A DNA stretch of 36,376 nucleotides from an uncultured Gammaproteobacteria bacterium (GTDB lineage: Bacteria; Patescibacteriota; Patescibacteriia; 2-12-FULL-60-25): NCBI GenBank assembly GCA_964615825.1, contig CAZTQP010000003.1:1-36376 (forward strand). Reading direction: 5' to 3'. The notes under the pieces are model-generated. The model saw nothing but the letters and a program-made list of their open reading frames with translations. It was not told the DNA's origin and did not search any database. The stretch's first letter is position 1. Each line of letters starts with the position of its first letter. The position numbers and the translations under genes are program-made. Below, piece after piece: positions 24,585 through 33,588 of the stretch.

Positions 24585-25049
24585 ATGATCCGCTGGTTAT
24601 TCGACAAAAGCATTCCATATCTCCCGAAGCGGTTCGCCCGTCATCGCAATGAAGGCGAGCAAGTGGCGCGTTTCCTTTTTATTGGAGGAGCAAGCTTCAT
24701 CTTCAATTATGCCGTGTACTATCTTTTGTCTCGCATCTTGTGGCCATCAGGTAACCGCACCGTAGAGAATTTCTTTGCCGTTGCCGTTACCTCGGTTTTG
24801 AACTATCTGGCACATCGCCACTGGACGTTCCGCTCACAGGGCCGTCATCGTTCCCAGGCAATTCGATATATTGCCGTGGCCCTTAGTGCGATTTTGATCC
24901 AATCTGCTTTGTTTTGGATCGGATATCATCTCTTGCATGCGAATGACCTGATCGTTATCTTGGTGGTAGCTGTGATGATCCCGTTCTACACATACCTCAC
25001 TCACAAGCTCTTTACCTTTCGCGAGCCCCAACCAGTTCTTAAAATTTAG
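24585..25049 (+). CDS. GtrA-family small membrane protein
   Basis: 154 aa with 4 TM segments. Contains RFLFIGGASFIFNYAVYYLL and LNYLAHRHWTFR, typical of GtrA-like proteins. Confidence 0.8.
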   Translation: MIRWLFDKSIPYLPKRFARHRNEGEQVARFLFIGGASFIFNYAVYYLLSRILWPSGNRTVENFFAVAVTSVLNYLAHRHWTFRSQGRHRSQAIRYIAVALSAILIQSALFWIGYHLLHANDLIVILVVAVMIPFYTYLTHKLFTFREPQPVLKI

Positions 25050-25073
25050 TCTTTGAGGTTTGATATTATTCGT

Positions 25074-26111
25074 ATGACTGAACGCGCTGTGGTCTTTGAT
25101 AAGAAAAATGTACTCGTGACAGGTGGTGCAGGATTTATCGGTTCATTTTTGTGTGAGGCTCTGCTCAAGCAGGGGAATGCCCGCGTCATTTGTTTGGATA
25201 ATTTTGTCACGAGCCAAGAATCAAATATTGATGGCCTACTTAAAAACCAAGATTTTGAATTCATTCGTCACGATATCAACGTCCCGTTTGATCCAGAAGC
25301 GTATCCAGAGCTGACACGTTTTCGTCTCAAAGTTCAAGGGATCCAAGAAATCTATCACTTGGCCTGTCCCACCAGCCCTAAGAAATTCGACCAGTACAAA
25401 ATGCAGACCCTCTATGCCAATTCTATTGGCATGAAGAACATGCTTGATCTCGCCGCGCGCTTCCATTCACGCGTCGTCCATACCTCGACCTCTGTTGTCT
25501 ATGGGGCGCGCCCAGCCGATGGTCATGGGTTCAAAGAAGAGGAGCATGGTTCTGCCGACCTATTGTCCCCCCGCGCGTGTTACGATGAAGGAAAGCGTTT
25601 TTCAGAAACGATGTGTGCGACGTATGCCCAAGTGCAAGGTCTTGATATTCGCATTGCTCGCATCTTTCGTGTCTACGGCCCGCGCATGCCTCTCTATGAG
25701 GCTCACATGATTCCAGATTTTATCTTGAATGCCCTCGACCAAAAAGATTTAGAGATTTATGGCGATGAGAGTTTTCGCACCTCACTCCTGTACGTCTCCG
25801 ATGCCGTAGAAGCACTCATAAAAATGATGGCGGCTCCCGCTGGACTTGGTCCAGTAAATATCGGAAGTGATATTGATGTACGTATTTTAGATGTCGCGCA
25901 AAAAATCCTGGAGATGACAGGCTCTACCTCCAAGATCGCTTTTAAAGACGCACTTCTCTTCATGACCCCGTTAGGCCTCCCAGATCTAGGTAAGATCAAA
26001 GAAAGTCTTGGCTGGTTGCCTCTTGTGACATTAGATGATGGTTTGCGTCGCACGGTTGAGTACGCCGTTTCTCATCGTTCGTTACTCGGTTTACACTCCT
26101 ACGTTGGGTAA
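25074..26111 (+). CDS. UDP-glucuronate decarboxylase (UDP-xylose synthase, UXS-like SDR)
   Basis: ORF track starts at TTG 25053; the first ATG is at 25074. Contains VLVTGGAGFIGSFLCEALLKQGNARVICLDNFVTSQESNI, FEFIRHDI and RACYDEGKRFSETMCATYAQVQGLDIRIARIFRVYGPRM. This is near-identical in pattern to UXS1 CYDEGKRVAETMC...VRVARIFNTFGPRM. Confidence 0.85.
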   Translation: MTERAVVFDKKNVLVTGGAGFIGSFLCEALLKQGNARVICLDNFVTSQESNIDGLLKNQDFEFIRHDINVPFDPEAYPELTRFRLKVQGIQEIYHLACPTSPKKFDQYKMQTLYANSIGMKNMLDLAARFHSRVVHTSTSVVYGARPADGHGFKEEEHGSADLLSPRACYDEGKRFSETMCATYAQVQGLDIRIARIFRVYGPRMPLYEAHMIPDFILNALDQKDLEIYGDESFRTSLLYVSDAVEALIKMMAAPAGLGPVNIGSDIDVRILDVAQKILEMTGSTSKIAFKDALLFMTPLGLPDLGKIKESLGWLPLVTLDDGLRRTVEYAVSHRSLLGLHSYVG

Positions 26112-26158
26112 AGCCCTTGCGCTTGCTACGAGTAGAAAACCTGTTACACTCCCTATAA

Positions 26159-26839
26159 ATGCGCACGGTAGCAGTCATTCCTGCCTATAATGAAGCCCCC
26201 CGCTTGGGGGCTGTCTTGGCCTCTCTGAAAGGTGTAGTAGATGAAATCGTGGTGGTTGATGACGGTTCTCGAGATGAAACATCCCTTGTGGCCCAGGGTC
26301 AAGGAGTCCATCTTATCCGTCACGGGATTAACCGCGGCCAAGGAGCCGCCCTCAAAACGGGCACGTTAGCCGCCCTAGAATTAGGCGCGGATATAATTGC
26401 GCATCTTGACGCGGACGGTCAGCACGATGCTTCAATGCTTGAGCATTTGGTGGATCCTATTAAGAATAACCAAGCCGACATCGTCTATGGTTCGCGCTTC
26501 GCAGGCGTCGTTGCCGAAGGGATGCCCGCCTCACGAAAAGCCTTGTTAGGCGCCGCCCGTCTCTTTAGTCAGTACATTCTGGGAATCCCACATACCATTA
26601 CAGATCCTCAAAGTGGCTTGCGCGCTATGCGCGCTCCTGTCGCGATGTCACTCGTCTTTGCCCAAGATGGGATGGCGCATTGCTCTGAGATCCTGCGCTG
26701 GGTCACGCGCTCTTCTTTTCGCTGGCAAGAGGTGCCCGTGCGTGTTCGTTACACGGACGCTTCACTAAAAAAAGGCCAAAAAGCCAGTCATGCGTTTAAA
26801 ATTGTGTGGGAATTATTTTTAGGCGAGCTCGTTTCTTAA
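26159..26839 (+). CDS. GT2 polyprenyl-phosphate glycosyltransferase (DPM1/GtrB/ArnC-like)
   Basis: Contains VAVIPAYNEAPRLGAVL, IVVVDDGSRDET, NRGQGAALKTG and HLDADGQHD. Confidence 0.85.
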   Translation: MRTVAVIPAYNEAPRLGAVLASLKGVVDEIVVVDDGSRDETSLVAQGQGVHLIRHGINRGQGAALKTGTLAALELGADIIAHLDADGQHDASMLEHLVDPIKNNQADIVYGSRFAGVVAEGMPASRKALLGAARLFSQYILGIPHTITDPQSGLRAMRAPVAMSLVFAQDGMAHCSEILRWVTRSSFRWQEVPVRVRYTDASLKKGQKASHAFKIVWELFLGELVS

Positions 26840-26860
26840 CCAGGTCTACTCCTCTTCTCT

Positions 26861-27196
26861 ATGTTGATCCGTTTTATTTTGTGGGGAATCTTAACGATCG
26901 TGCTGCTTATGACCTGGCGGCGCCAGCGTCAAGGCGCGGTTCGCGTCTGGGAAGCGATCGCCTGGAGCACGGTTTGGGTTGCCGCGGCCATCGTTGTTGC
27001 TCGTCCTGAAGCAACAAGTGAAGTCGCCCAATTTTTGGGGGTGGGGCGTGGAGCAGATCTAATTTTATACGCCGCTATTATTACATTATTGGTATTAGTC
27101 TTTCAGCTACACGTCGCTCATCATCGCCTCGAACGCCAATTGACCGAGTTAGTTCGTAAGCAAGCCTTAGGTGAATGGAATAAGAGTAAGGCCTAA
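26861..27196 (+). CDS. Small membrane protein, DUF2304-like
   Basis: 111 aa, with TM helices followed by an amphipathic C-terminal helix (HHRLERQLTELVRKQAL). It sits directly after a GT2 gene, the usual DUF2304 context. Confidence 0.55.
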   Translation: MLIRFILWGILTIVLLMTWRRQRQGAVRVWEAIAWSTVWVAAAIVVARPEATSEVAQFLGVGRGADLILYAAIITLLVLVFQLHVAHHRLERQLTELVRKQALGEWNKSKA

Positions 27197-27203
27197 CGGT
27201 TCT

Positions 27204-28328
27204 ATGAAGGTTACTCATCTCGCCTGCATTGCTCCTCCGGAAACAGGAGGAATCGGTCAGGTTGCCTACGACGAAGTGATCGGGCTACGAGAGAGGGGAG
27301 TGGACGCAAGCCTCGTTTCAAGTAAGCGTGGTTGGATGCCTGAAGTGGATCCAGCCGCCGAGAAAAACGCGGTGGTATCTCGCTTGCCAAGCATCATCCG
27401 TGTAGGAAACGCAGCCCTTATAAGGGGATTAGGTCAAGTCGTTCAAGAAGCGGATATTCTTCATCTACACTATCCTTGGTATGGAGTAGCGGAGTTTTTA
27501 CTGAGCTCCCGACCAAAAAAACCTGTGGTCGTAACGTTTCATATGGATGCATCGGCTTCGGATGTGCGTGGGGTAGTATTCTCTACGCATCGATATCTGC
27601 TCCAATCACGTCTTTTACGTAATGCATCGCGTATTTTGGTATCTTCCCGTGACTACGCAGAGCACTCATCCCTCGCTCCTCTCCTGCCAGAGCTGGGAGA
27701 TAAGGTCGTGCAACTTCCGTTTGCGCTGGATACAGATTTTTTTTCACCTTCAGAGCACAGAGCGGCATCACGGAGGAGGAATACTCATATCCTTTTTGTG
27801 GGCGGGTTGGATAAAGCACATCATTTCAAGGGTCTATCTCTTTTGTTACGAGCTATGACCGCTCTCCCTGCCTCGGTGACGCTGACCATCGTGGGCGAGG
27901 GAGGAGAACGAGCGCGGTTTGAAAAAGAAGTGGCTACATTGAATCTCGTGAATCGCGTAGCCTTTCTTGGTCGGGTTACGCGCGTGGTTCTGCGAGATAC
28001 GTACCGCGATGCGGACGTCCTCGCGTTTCCATCCACGAGCGTAGCAGAAGCATTTGGGCTCGTGGCCCTCGAAGCACAAGCGTGCGGCGTGCCTGTCGTC
28101 GCCTCAGGTCTCCCCGGCGTACGTACCGTCGTCCGAGATGGGGAAACAGGTATCCTCGTACCCCCGGGCTCTGTCGAGGGGTTGACAAAGGGGTTAAGGG
28201 AATTATGTATAAGGCAAGAAAAGCGCCAATTATACGCAAAAAATGCCCGTAAACATGTTTTAACCTCTTATTCACGAACGAAGCATCTCGACAAACTGAT
28301 CGAAGTGTATCAAGCTATACGTCTGTAA
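27204..28328 (+). CDS. GT4-family glycosyltransferase
   Basis: ORF track starts at GTG 27171, overlapping the upstream gene; the first ATG is at 27204, just after that gene's stop. Contains MKVTHLACIAPPETGGIGQVAY, ILFVGGLDKAHHFKG and AFGLVALEAQACGVPVVASGLPGVRTVVRDGETGILV. Confidence 0.85.
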   Translation: MKVTHLACIAPPETGGIGQVAYDEVIGLRERGVDASLVSSKRGWMPEVDPAAEKNAVVSRLPSIIRVGNAALIRGLGQVVQEADILHLHYPWYGVAEFLLSSRPKKPVVVTFHMDASASDVRGVVFSTHRYLLQSRLLRNASRILVSSRDYAEHSSLAPLLPELGDKVVQLPFALDTDFFSPSEHRAASRRRNTHILFVGGLDKAHHFKGLSLLLRAMTALPASVTLTIVGEGGERARFEKEVATLNLVNRVAFLGRVTRVVLRDTYRDADVLAFPSTSVAEAFGLVALEAQACGVPVVASGLPGVRTVVRDGETGILVPPGSVEGLTKGLRELCIRQEKRQLYAKNARKHVLTSYSRTKHLDKLIEVYQAIRL

Positions 28329-28343
28329 TATATTATACGACTT

Positions 28344-29438
28344 ATGGTTCCTCTCCGTATCGCCGTTCTCACGAATGCGTATCCCCCTGCTCACTCAGGA
28401 GGGGCGGCTCATATCGCCCAAGCACAGGTTGAAATTCTCCAGCAGGCAGGCCATGAAGTGCGAGTATGGTCGCCTGACCGCTCTTGGGTAGAGGCGCCCG
28501 TATGGGAACGCTTAGGACATCATATAAAGGACTTATCTGCTGATACGAAATTAGTGGCGGATATTTTAGGTTGGAAGCCGGATGTGCTCTTGAGCCATAA
28601 CCTAACGGGATGCGGGTTCGGAACCCCAAAGATGATTAAAGCCGCTGGTGTCCGCTGGTTCCATGTCCTGCATGATATTCAGTTATTTGAGCCGTCCGGA
28701 CAGCTGTATCATTTGCGACCTGTAACCTTCTGGCAGCTTGGCTGGGCTTTTTTACGTTCTCATGCGTTCGGAAGGCCAGACGCGATTATTTCGCCGACGC
28801 ATTGGCTGGTAGAGCAGCATATGCATCGATTCATGCTCACGCGCCAACGCTATCGGGCGGATATAGAAACGCACGTCATCCCAAATCCGGGTCCGGTCAT
28901 GAATCCGGTATCGCGCGGTGCTCATGAGCCGTTACGTCTGTTGTTTGTGGGGCATATTTCTCCTCCCAAGGGCAGCCGTCTTCTCCTTAATATTATACGT
29001 GAGCTACGTACGCCGTTTGAGTTACACATGGTGGGAGAAGGTCCAGATCAAGCTCTCTTCAAATCTGCGGGCAAGCAGGTCATCCTGCACGGAAAACAAG
29101 AACGCGAAAGCGTTTTACGTATCATGCAAGCGGCAGATATTCTTCTCGTCCCTTCTGAGATTCATGAAAATCAGCCCACCGTTATCTTAGAAGCGGCCTC
29201 GGTAAACCTACCAGTGATTGCGTCGCGTCGTGGAGGGATTCCTGAAACACTGGGGGAAGCAGGTGCAGAAATGATTTGTTCCTACAATAACGCCGAAGCC
29301 TGGTGTCAAGCGATCCAGCGACTCACAGACCCAGAAGTATATCTCCACCAATCTCGCATCATTCAGCACCTTGCTGAAGAGCATGACCCGGCGCTTTACG
29401 CTCAGCGATTCTTGTCATTGTTTACCTCAAATCGATAA
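28344..29438 (+). CDS. GT4-family glycosyltransferase
   Basis: Contains RIAVLTNAYPPAHSGGAAHIA, LLFVGHISPPKGSRLL and ENQPTVILEAASVNLPVIASRRGGIPE. Confidence 0.8.
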   Translation: MVPLRIAVLTNAYPPAHSGGAAHIAQAQVEILQQAGHEVRVWSPDRSWVEAPVWERLGHHIKDLSADTKLVADILGWKPDVLLSHNLTGCGFGTPKMIKAAGVRWFHVLHDIQLFEPSGQLYHLRPVTFWQLGWAFLRSHAFGRPDAIISPTHWLVEQHMHRFMLTRQRYRADIETHVIPNPGPVMNPVSRGAHEPLRLLFVGHISPPKGSRLLLNIIRELRTPFELHMVGEGPDQALFKSAGKQVILHGKQERESVLRIMQAADILLVPSEIHENQPTVILEAASVNLPVIASRRGGIPETLGEAGAEMICSYNNAEAWCQAIQRLTDPEVYLHQSRIIQHLAEEHDPALYAQRFLSLFTSNR

Positions 29439-31585
29439 ACCCGCATCGCCCCTCCCTCTACGCGATAGCTGTTTCCGGCCAATGTTTCCAGATGTTTTGC
29501 GACCTCATCTGCCTGCCACCAGTAGCTGCTCAGAATAAGATAGACGAGCGAGCTCTTCCCTAACCGCGCGGCTTCTTCGATATCTTCTTTCTTTGCTTGC
29601 GTGGTTGCTGCTCGCAAGAAAACTTGATACAGCGTTCCGCCTGTGGGGAGAGGGTAGAAAAAGACGTCATCGGCGTAGCGTTTAAAGCCTAGCTCTGCTA
29701 CCGCACCGGCACTGACAGATTGATCCGCTAAAACGGTATACGGCTGATGTTTGCTATCCTGCTCAACCCAGCGAACCGCCTCGAGAGCTGCTTGGCTCGT
29801 ATTCCAGCCGTGCTCAATGTGTGTGGCATCATGATAGGGAAAGGCTCGGTAGATGCGTGCCCCCTGCCATGCAAGGGTAAACACGATAAACGCGTAAAAA
29901 GGCAAAGCGGGCTGCTGTTTTACGTGCTTCCATACGCGCACGAATCCCGATAGGGCAGCAGGAAGGAACAAGAGTTGACCAATAAAAAAGAGACGTTGAA
30001 TATAGTCTTGTCGTTCGTAGGTAATGAGAAACGTGAACGTAGCCGCTTGTTGCATGCCCCAGGCAGCGAGCATAACGAACGCTCCGGCGATACTGATCCA
30101 TCCAAGCGTGCGTCGAGTATGCTCGTGTGATTCGGTGTGTTCCGCCCGTTTCCAGATACCTGTCAGGGCAAATGCGATCAGCATCAAAGGGAAAAGATAT
30201 TCAACAAACGCGGCCCAATCTGGCCAAAGAGCAACGCCCAGAGGAGGGGTAATGAGTGTTCGTGCCAATGTTTGCCAGCGCTCCAAAGAAAAAATTCCAG
30301 ACGTGTCCCAAGCGATCTGTATCCCGGACAGGCGGCTGTGCAAGAAAAATGCCAGTGGCACAATTAGGGCCGTTCCGAGCGCAAGACAGGCAGAGATAAG
30401 GGAGCGCAGACGTGGAAAAGCATTGAGCCAAGCACGGGAGAGTGCAAGTATCGTACCACCAAATAAAGGTAGTCCTGCGAGGGGGTGGATAGCCACACTC
30501 CAAATTCCCAGGACAAGGGGAGAAAAAGATGAGAGCTTTTTTTCTGGTAGACTCGCCAAGAAAAGGGCGCCTAATCCCATGAGGTAGGCAAATGATTGCG
30601 GGGTCGTCGTGATCCAGGGTTTTAAAGGGATAAGAGCCAGTACGGCCACGAGGGTTATGGCGATCGATTCTTGCACGGAAGGAAATCGCTTCTCGTCTGA
30701 GGAGAGGCGTAAGGCAAACACGGCAGGCAGGAGAGCCATGCATCCCGCCAACAGAAACGTGTCAACCGTTTGGATAGACAGCATGAGCGTACGCGCGAGC
30801 CAAGTGATAAACGTGTACTGTCCAATATAATAAAACGGCTTAGGCTGGAGGGTGCCTGTTTGAAATAAAATCAGCTCACTTGCTCTATGCAAAAACCCAT
30901 CAAAGCCAAACCCTAATGGGTAGAGGAGAGGTGCGAGAAGAGCAATCAAGGCAAAAAAGCTTGCCGCGATGATCCAGGTAAGGACCGCCGACCTACCGCG
31001 CCATGCCATGAGCCACGCAGCGGCAAAGACGCACACGAACGCGAGTAAAATCCCCGGCGGCAAGACTTCCCACGGCGTACGAATGGCGGCTGTGGTAGCG
31101 AGGCGATGGGTGTGATACACGATGTAGCTCGCACTCACGCCTGCGCATCCAAGTAAGATCATCCGAAACAAAAAGAGAATTTTTTCTTGTAGGTAGTAGC
31201 GAAGAAGGGAAGAGATGGTCCCGGGCGCTTCTGGCAAGGAGGGATCCCTCTCTTCTGTCACAGGGTTAGTAAAAAAGACAATAATGGTACCAATCCAAAT
31301 GCTTGCGAGCTCTGTTCCGGCATCTGTCCAAGAGCCAAGTGGAACGTTCAAGTAATAAGCGAGCGTTTGCAGGATCGATTGGATACTGAGCAGCGTAATC
31401 AGGGTAAGAAACAAGCGGGGAATGCGCGCGTGGTGGGGAAAGAGGTGTGGGGCAAAGCGGTGAGTCGCGTAAAACAAGCAAAATAAGGCGACCGCGCTTG
31501 CAACAAGGGTTTGCGGGGCAATGAGCGTAAGCAGTAGCGCGGCGCTCATAAGGCCAGTCTCTAGGAGAAGAGGTCGATCGTGCAT
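29402..31585 (-). CDS. Large polytopic membrane protein with a C-terminal extracytoplasmic domain; candidate polymerase or GT-C-like enzyme, function unknown
   Basis: 727 aa with more than 12 predicted hydrophobic segments by eye. It has the loop motif PLGFGFDGFLHRA and a soluble ~180-aa C-terminus. I recognise no named family. Confidence 0.55.
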   Translation of the reverse strand: MHDRPLLLETGLMSAALLLTLIAPQTLVASAVALFCLFYATHRFAPHLFPHHARIPRLFLTLITLLSIQSILQTLAYYLNVPLGSWTDAGTELASIWIGTIIVFFTNPVTEERDPSLPEAPGTISSLLRYYLQEKILFLFRMILLGCAGVSASYIVYHTHRLATTAAIRTPWEVLPPGILLAFVCVFAAAWLMAWRGRSAVLTWIIAASFFALIALLAPLLYPLGFGFDGFLHRASELILFQTGTLQPKPFYYIGQYTFITWLARTLMLSIQTVDTFLLAGCMALLPAVFALRLSSDEKRFPSVQESIAITLVAVLALIPLKPWITTTPQSFAYLMGLGALFLASLPEKKLSSFSPLVLGIWSVAIHPLAGLPLFGGTILALSRAWLNAFPRLRSLISACLALGTALIVPLAFFLHSRLSGIQIAWDTSGIFSLERWQTLARTLITPPLGVALWPDWAAFVEYLFPLMLIAFALTGIWKRAEHTESHEHTRRTLGWISIAGAFVMLAAWGMQQAATFTFLITYERQDYIQRLFFIGQLLFLPAALSGFVRVWKHVKQQPALPFYAFIVFTLAWQGARIYRAFPYHDATHIEHGWNTSQAALEAVRWVEQDSKHQPYTVLADQSVSAGAVAELGFKRYADDVFFYPLPTGGTLYQVFLRAATTQAKKEDIEEAARLGKSSLVYLILSSYWWQADEVAKHLETLAGNSYRVEGGAMRVYRFEVNNDKNR

Positions 31586-31630
31586 GCACGTATGCTAGTC
31601 GAAAACCGACAAGAGGGGTAGAGTTTGGCT

Positions 31631-32212
31631 ATGTTGATGACAAACGACAATATCCGATTATTCCCGCATGATCGTTTCATGGCCAAAACGGTACTGCGGT
31701 TAATTCCTGAGAGCATAACCCCAAACGCCGTTACCTACCTACGTTTTCTGTTAACGCCCGTCGTCTTATATTTTTTGTGGAGAGAGATGTGGTCGATCGT
31801 CCTGCCCCTCTTTATTGCCACGGCTTTTACAGATGCGATCGACGGTTCACTGGCGCGTACTCGTAAACAGATCACGCTATGGGGAACAACCGCAGACCCG
31901 ATCGCGGATAAGTTCCTCATTGGTTCTGTTGTCATTTTATTCGTCGCACAACAAGTGAACCCCGCCTTTGCGGCGATTATCTTATTTGTGGAAGTCCTGA
32001 TTATCTTATCCGCCATCTATCGTCGTTCACAAGGAAAGATTTCCTCCGCTAATGAATTTGGAAAAATAAAAATGATCTTGCAGGTTGTTGGCGTCTCCCT
32101 GCTTTTGTTGGCTCGCCTCTACAATCTTGAATTGGCAGTCCCATTCGCCGTAGGTACCTTGGCGGTTGCTGTGGTCTTCGCTATCGTATCTCTTGTTACC
32201 TACAGTCTCTAA
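31631..32212 (+). CDS. CDP-alcohol phosphatidyltransferase (PgsA-like)
   Basis: ORF track starts at TTG 31625; the ATG is at 31631. The signature D-x2-DG-x2-AR-x8-G-x3-D-x3-D reads TDAIDGSLARTRKQITLWGTTADPIADK. Confidence 0.85.
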   Translation: MLMTNDNIRLFPHDRFMAKTVLRLIPESITPNAVTYLRFLLTPVVLYFLWREMWSIVLPLFIATAFTDAIDGSLARTRKQITLWGTTADPIADKFLIGSVVILFVAQQVNPAFAAIILFVEVLIILSAIYRRSQGKISSANEFGKIKMILQVVGVSLLLLARLYNLELAVPFAVGTLAVAVVFAIVSLVTYSL

Positions 32213-32219
32213 AGATCGT

Positions 32220-33551
32220 ATGTCTCTCTTATATCGTTTAAAATCACGCATTCCTGCCAAGTGGCTGCTCCCATATCATTATGGGCTAGCTCGCTTTGCG
32301 GCGTTTTTTTACGGACACCCGGCTCGTAAATTGGTTGTGATCGGGGTCACGGGAACAAACGGGAAAACCACGACAAGTTATTTAATTGCGAAAGCGTTAG
32401 AAGCCTCTGGCTACCCCACGGGCTGCACCACGACGGCTCTCATGAAAGTAGGGGGGAAGGAGTGGATCAACCGCACCAAGATGACGATGCCGGGCAGATT
32501 TTTTGTACAACATATGTTACGGGACATGGTGAACGCGGGTTGTAAATTTGCTGTTATCGAAACCTCTTCTCAGGGATTAGTGCAATATCGTCATCTTGGT
32601 GTCGAGTATGATGTCGCCGTGTTTACGAACCTCACCCCGGAACATTTAGAATCTCACGGGGGATTTGAGGCCTATAAGCAAGCCAAGGCGGCTTTATTTA
32701 AGGCGGTTGCAGATGCGCCTCGGAAAATCGTAAATGGTACACCTGTCCCAAAGGCCTTTGTGCTTAATCGAGCGAGTGACCACGCGGATTTTTACGCAAG
32801 CCAAGGGCCGGAGGTAGAAAAGCTCTGGTACGGATTGCAAGAAAAGGAGGAGGATCTTGTCGCCACGGATGTCGTCTATCAAGCGAAGTCGACCACCTGT
32901 CGCGTAGAGGGAGCTTCTTTATCCCTCTCCTTGCCCGGAAAACATAATCTTGAAAACGGACTGGCGGCGCTCGCTGTTTGTCGTGTTTTGGGCGTTGATT
33001 TGAAAGCGGCTGCCAAGAAATTGAGCGAAGTTCCAGGTGTCCCGGGACGATTAGAGCGTGTCGAGGCTGGACAGCCTTGGACGGTGATCATTGATTACGC
33101 CTATGAACCAGAGGCCTTGCAGAAGTGTCTGGACGCCTTAAAAGTTATTCCGCATAAACGGTTGATCCACGTCTTGGGAAGTTGTGGCGGCGGCCGTGAT
33201 GTCTCGCGTCGACCGCTCTTGGGGGCGTTTGCCGCTAAGCAGGCAGACATCGCCATCGTTACGAATGAAGATCCTTATGACGAGGATCCACAAGGAATCA
33301 TTGATCAGATTGTCGCAGGAGCCGTTGCCGAAGGAAGAAGACAAAACGATGATGGAATCTATTCCATTATTGATCGACAAATGGCTATTAACAAAGCCAT
33401 GGAGCTTGCACAGCCGGGAGATCTCGTTTTATTGACCGGCAAAGGTTGCGAACCCTGGATCTGCGTCGCCGATGGAAAAAAACTCCCTTGGGACGAACGC
33501 GCTGCAGCAGAGCAGGCGATTAAGATCGCCTTAGCAAGTGAGAGAGAGTAG
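32220..33551 (+). CDS. murE: Mur ligase, MurE-like (UDP-MurNAc-L-Ala-D-Glu : diamino acid ligase)
   Basis: The ORF track start 32166 overlaps the upstream gene; ATG 32220 follows its stop. Contains VIGVTGTNGKTTTSYL, ETSSQGL, FTNLTPEHLESHGGFEAYKQAK, GKHNLENGLAA, PGVPGRLERV and DYAYEPEAL. Confidence 0.8.
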   Translation: MSLLYRLKSRIPAKWLLPYHYGLARFAAFFYGHPARKLVVIGVTGTNGKTTTSYLIAKALEASGYPTGCTTTALMKVGGKEWINRTKMTMPGRFFVQHMLRDMVNAGCKFAVIETSSQGLVQYRHLGVEYDVAVFTNLTPEHLESHGGFEAYKQAKAALFKAVADAPRKIVNGTPVPKAFVLNRASDHADFYASQGPEVEKLWYGLQEKEEDLVATDVVYQAKSTTCRVEGASLSLSLPGKHNLENGLAALAVCRVLGVDLKAAAKKLSEVPGVPGRLERVEAGQPWTVIIDYAYEPEALQKCLDALKVIPHKRLIHVLGSCGGGRDVSRRPLLGAFAAKQADIAIVTNEDPYDEDPQGIIDQIVAGAVAEGRRQNDDGIYSIIDRQMAINKAMELAQPGDLVLLTGKGCEPWICVADGKKLPWDERAAAEQAIKIALASERE

Positions 33552-33588
33552 CATTCCTTCCTCCGTGTCTTTGCGCTATACTTGCCTC

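Noticed and set aside
29747-31589. Internal ORFs of the 727-aa membrane protein region (30024..30587 +, 30201..30743 -, 31266..31589 -, and others)
   Set aside because: They are nested in or antisense to the long hydrophobic ORF 29402..31585, with Arg/Pro-rich or featureless translations.
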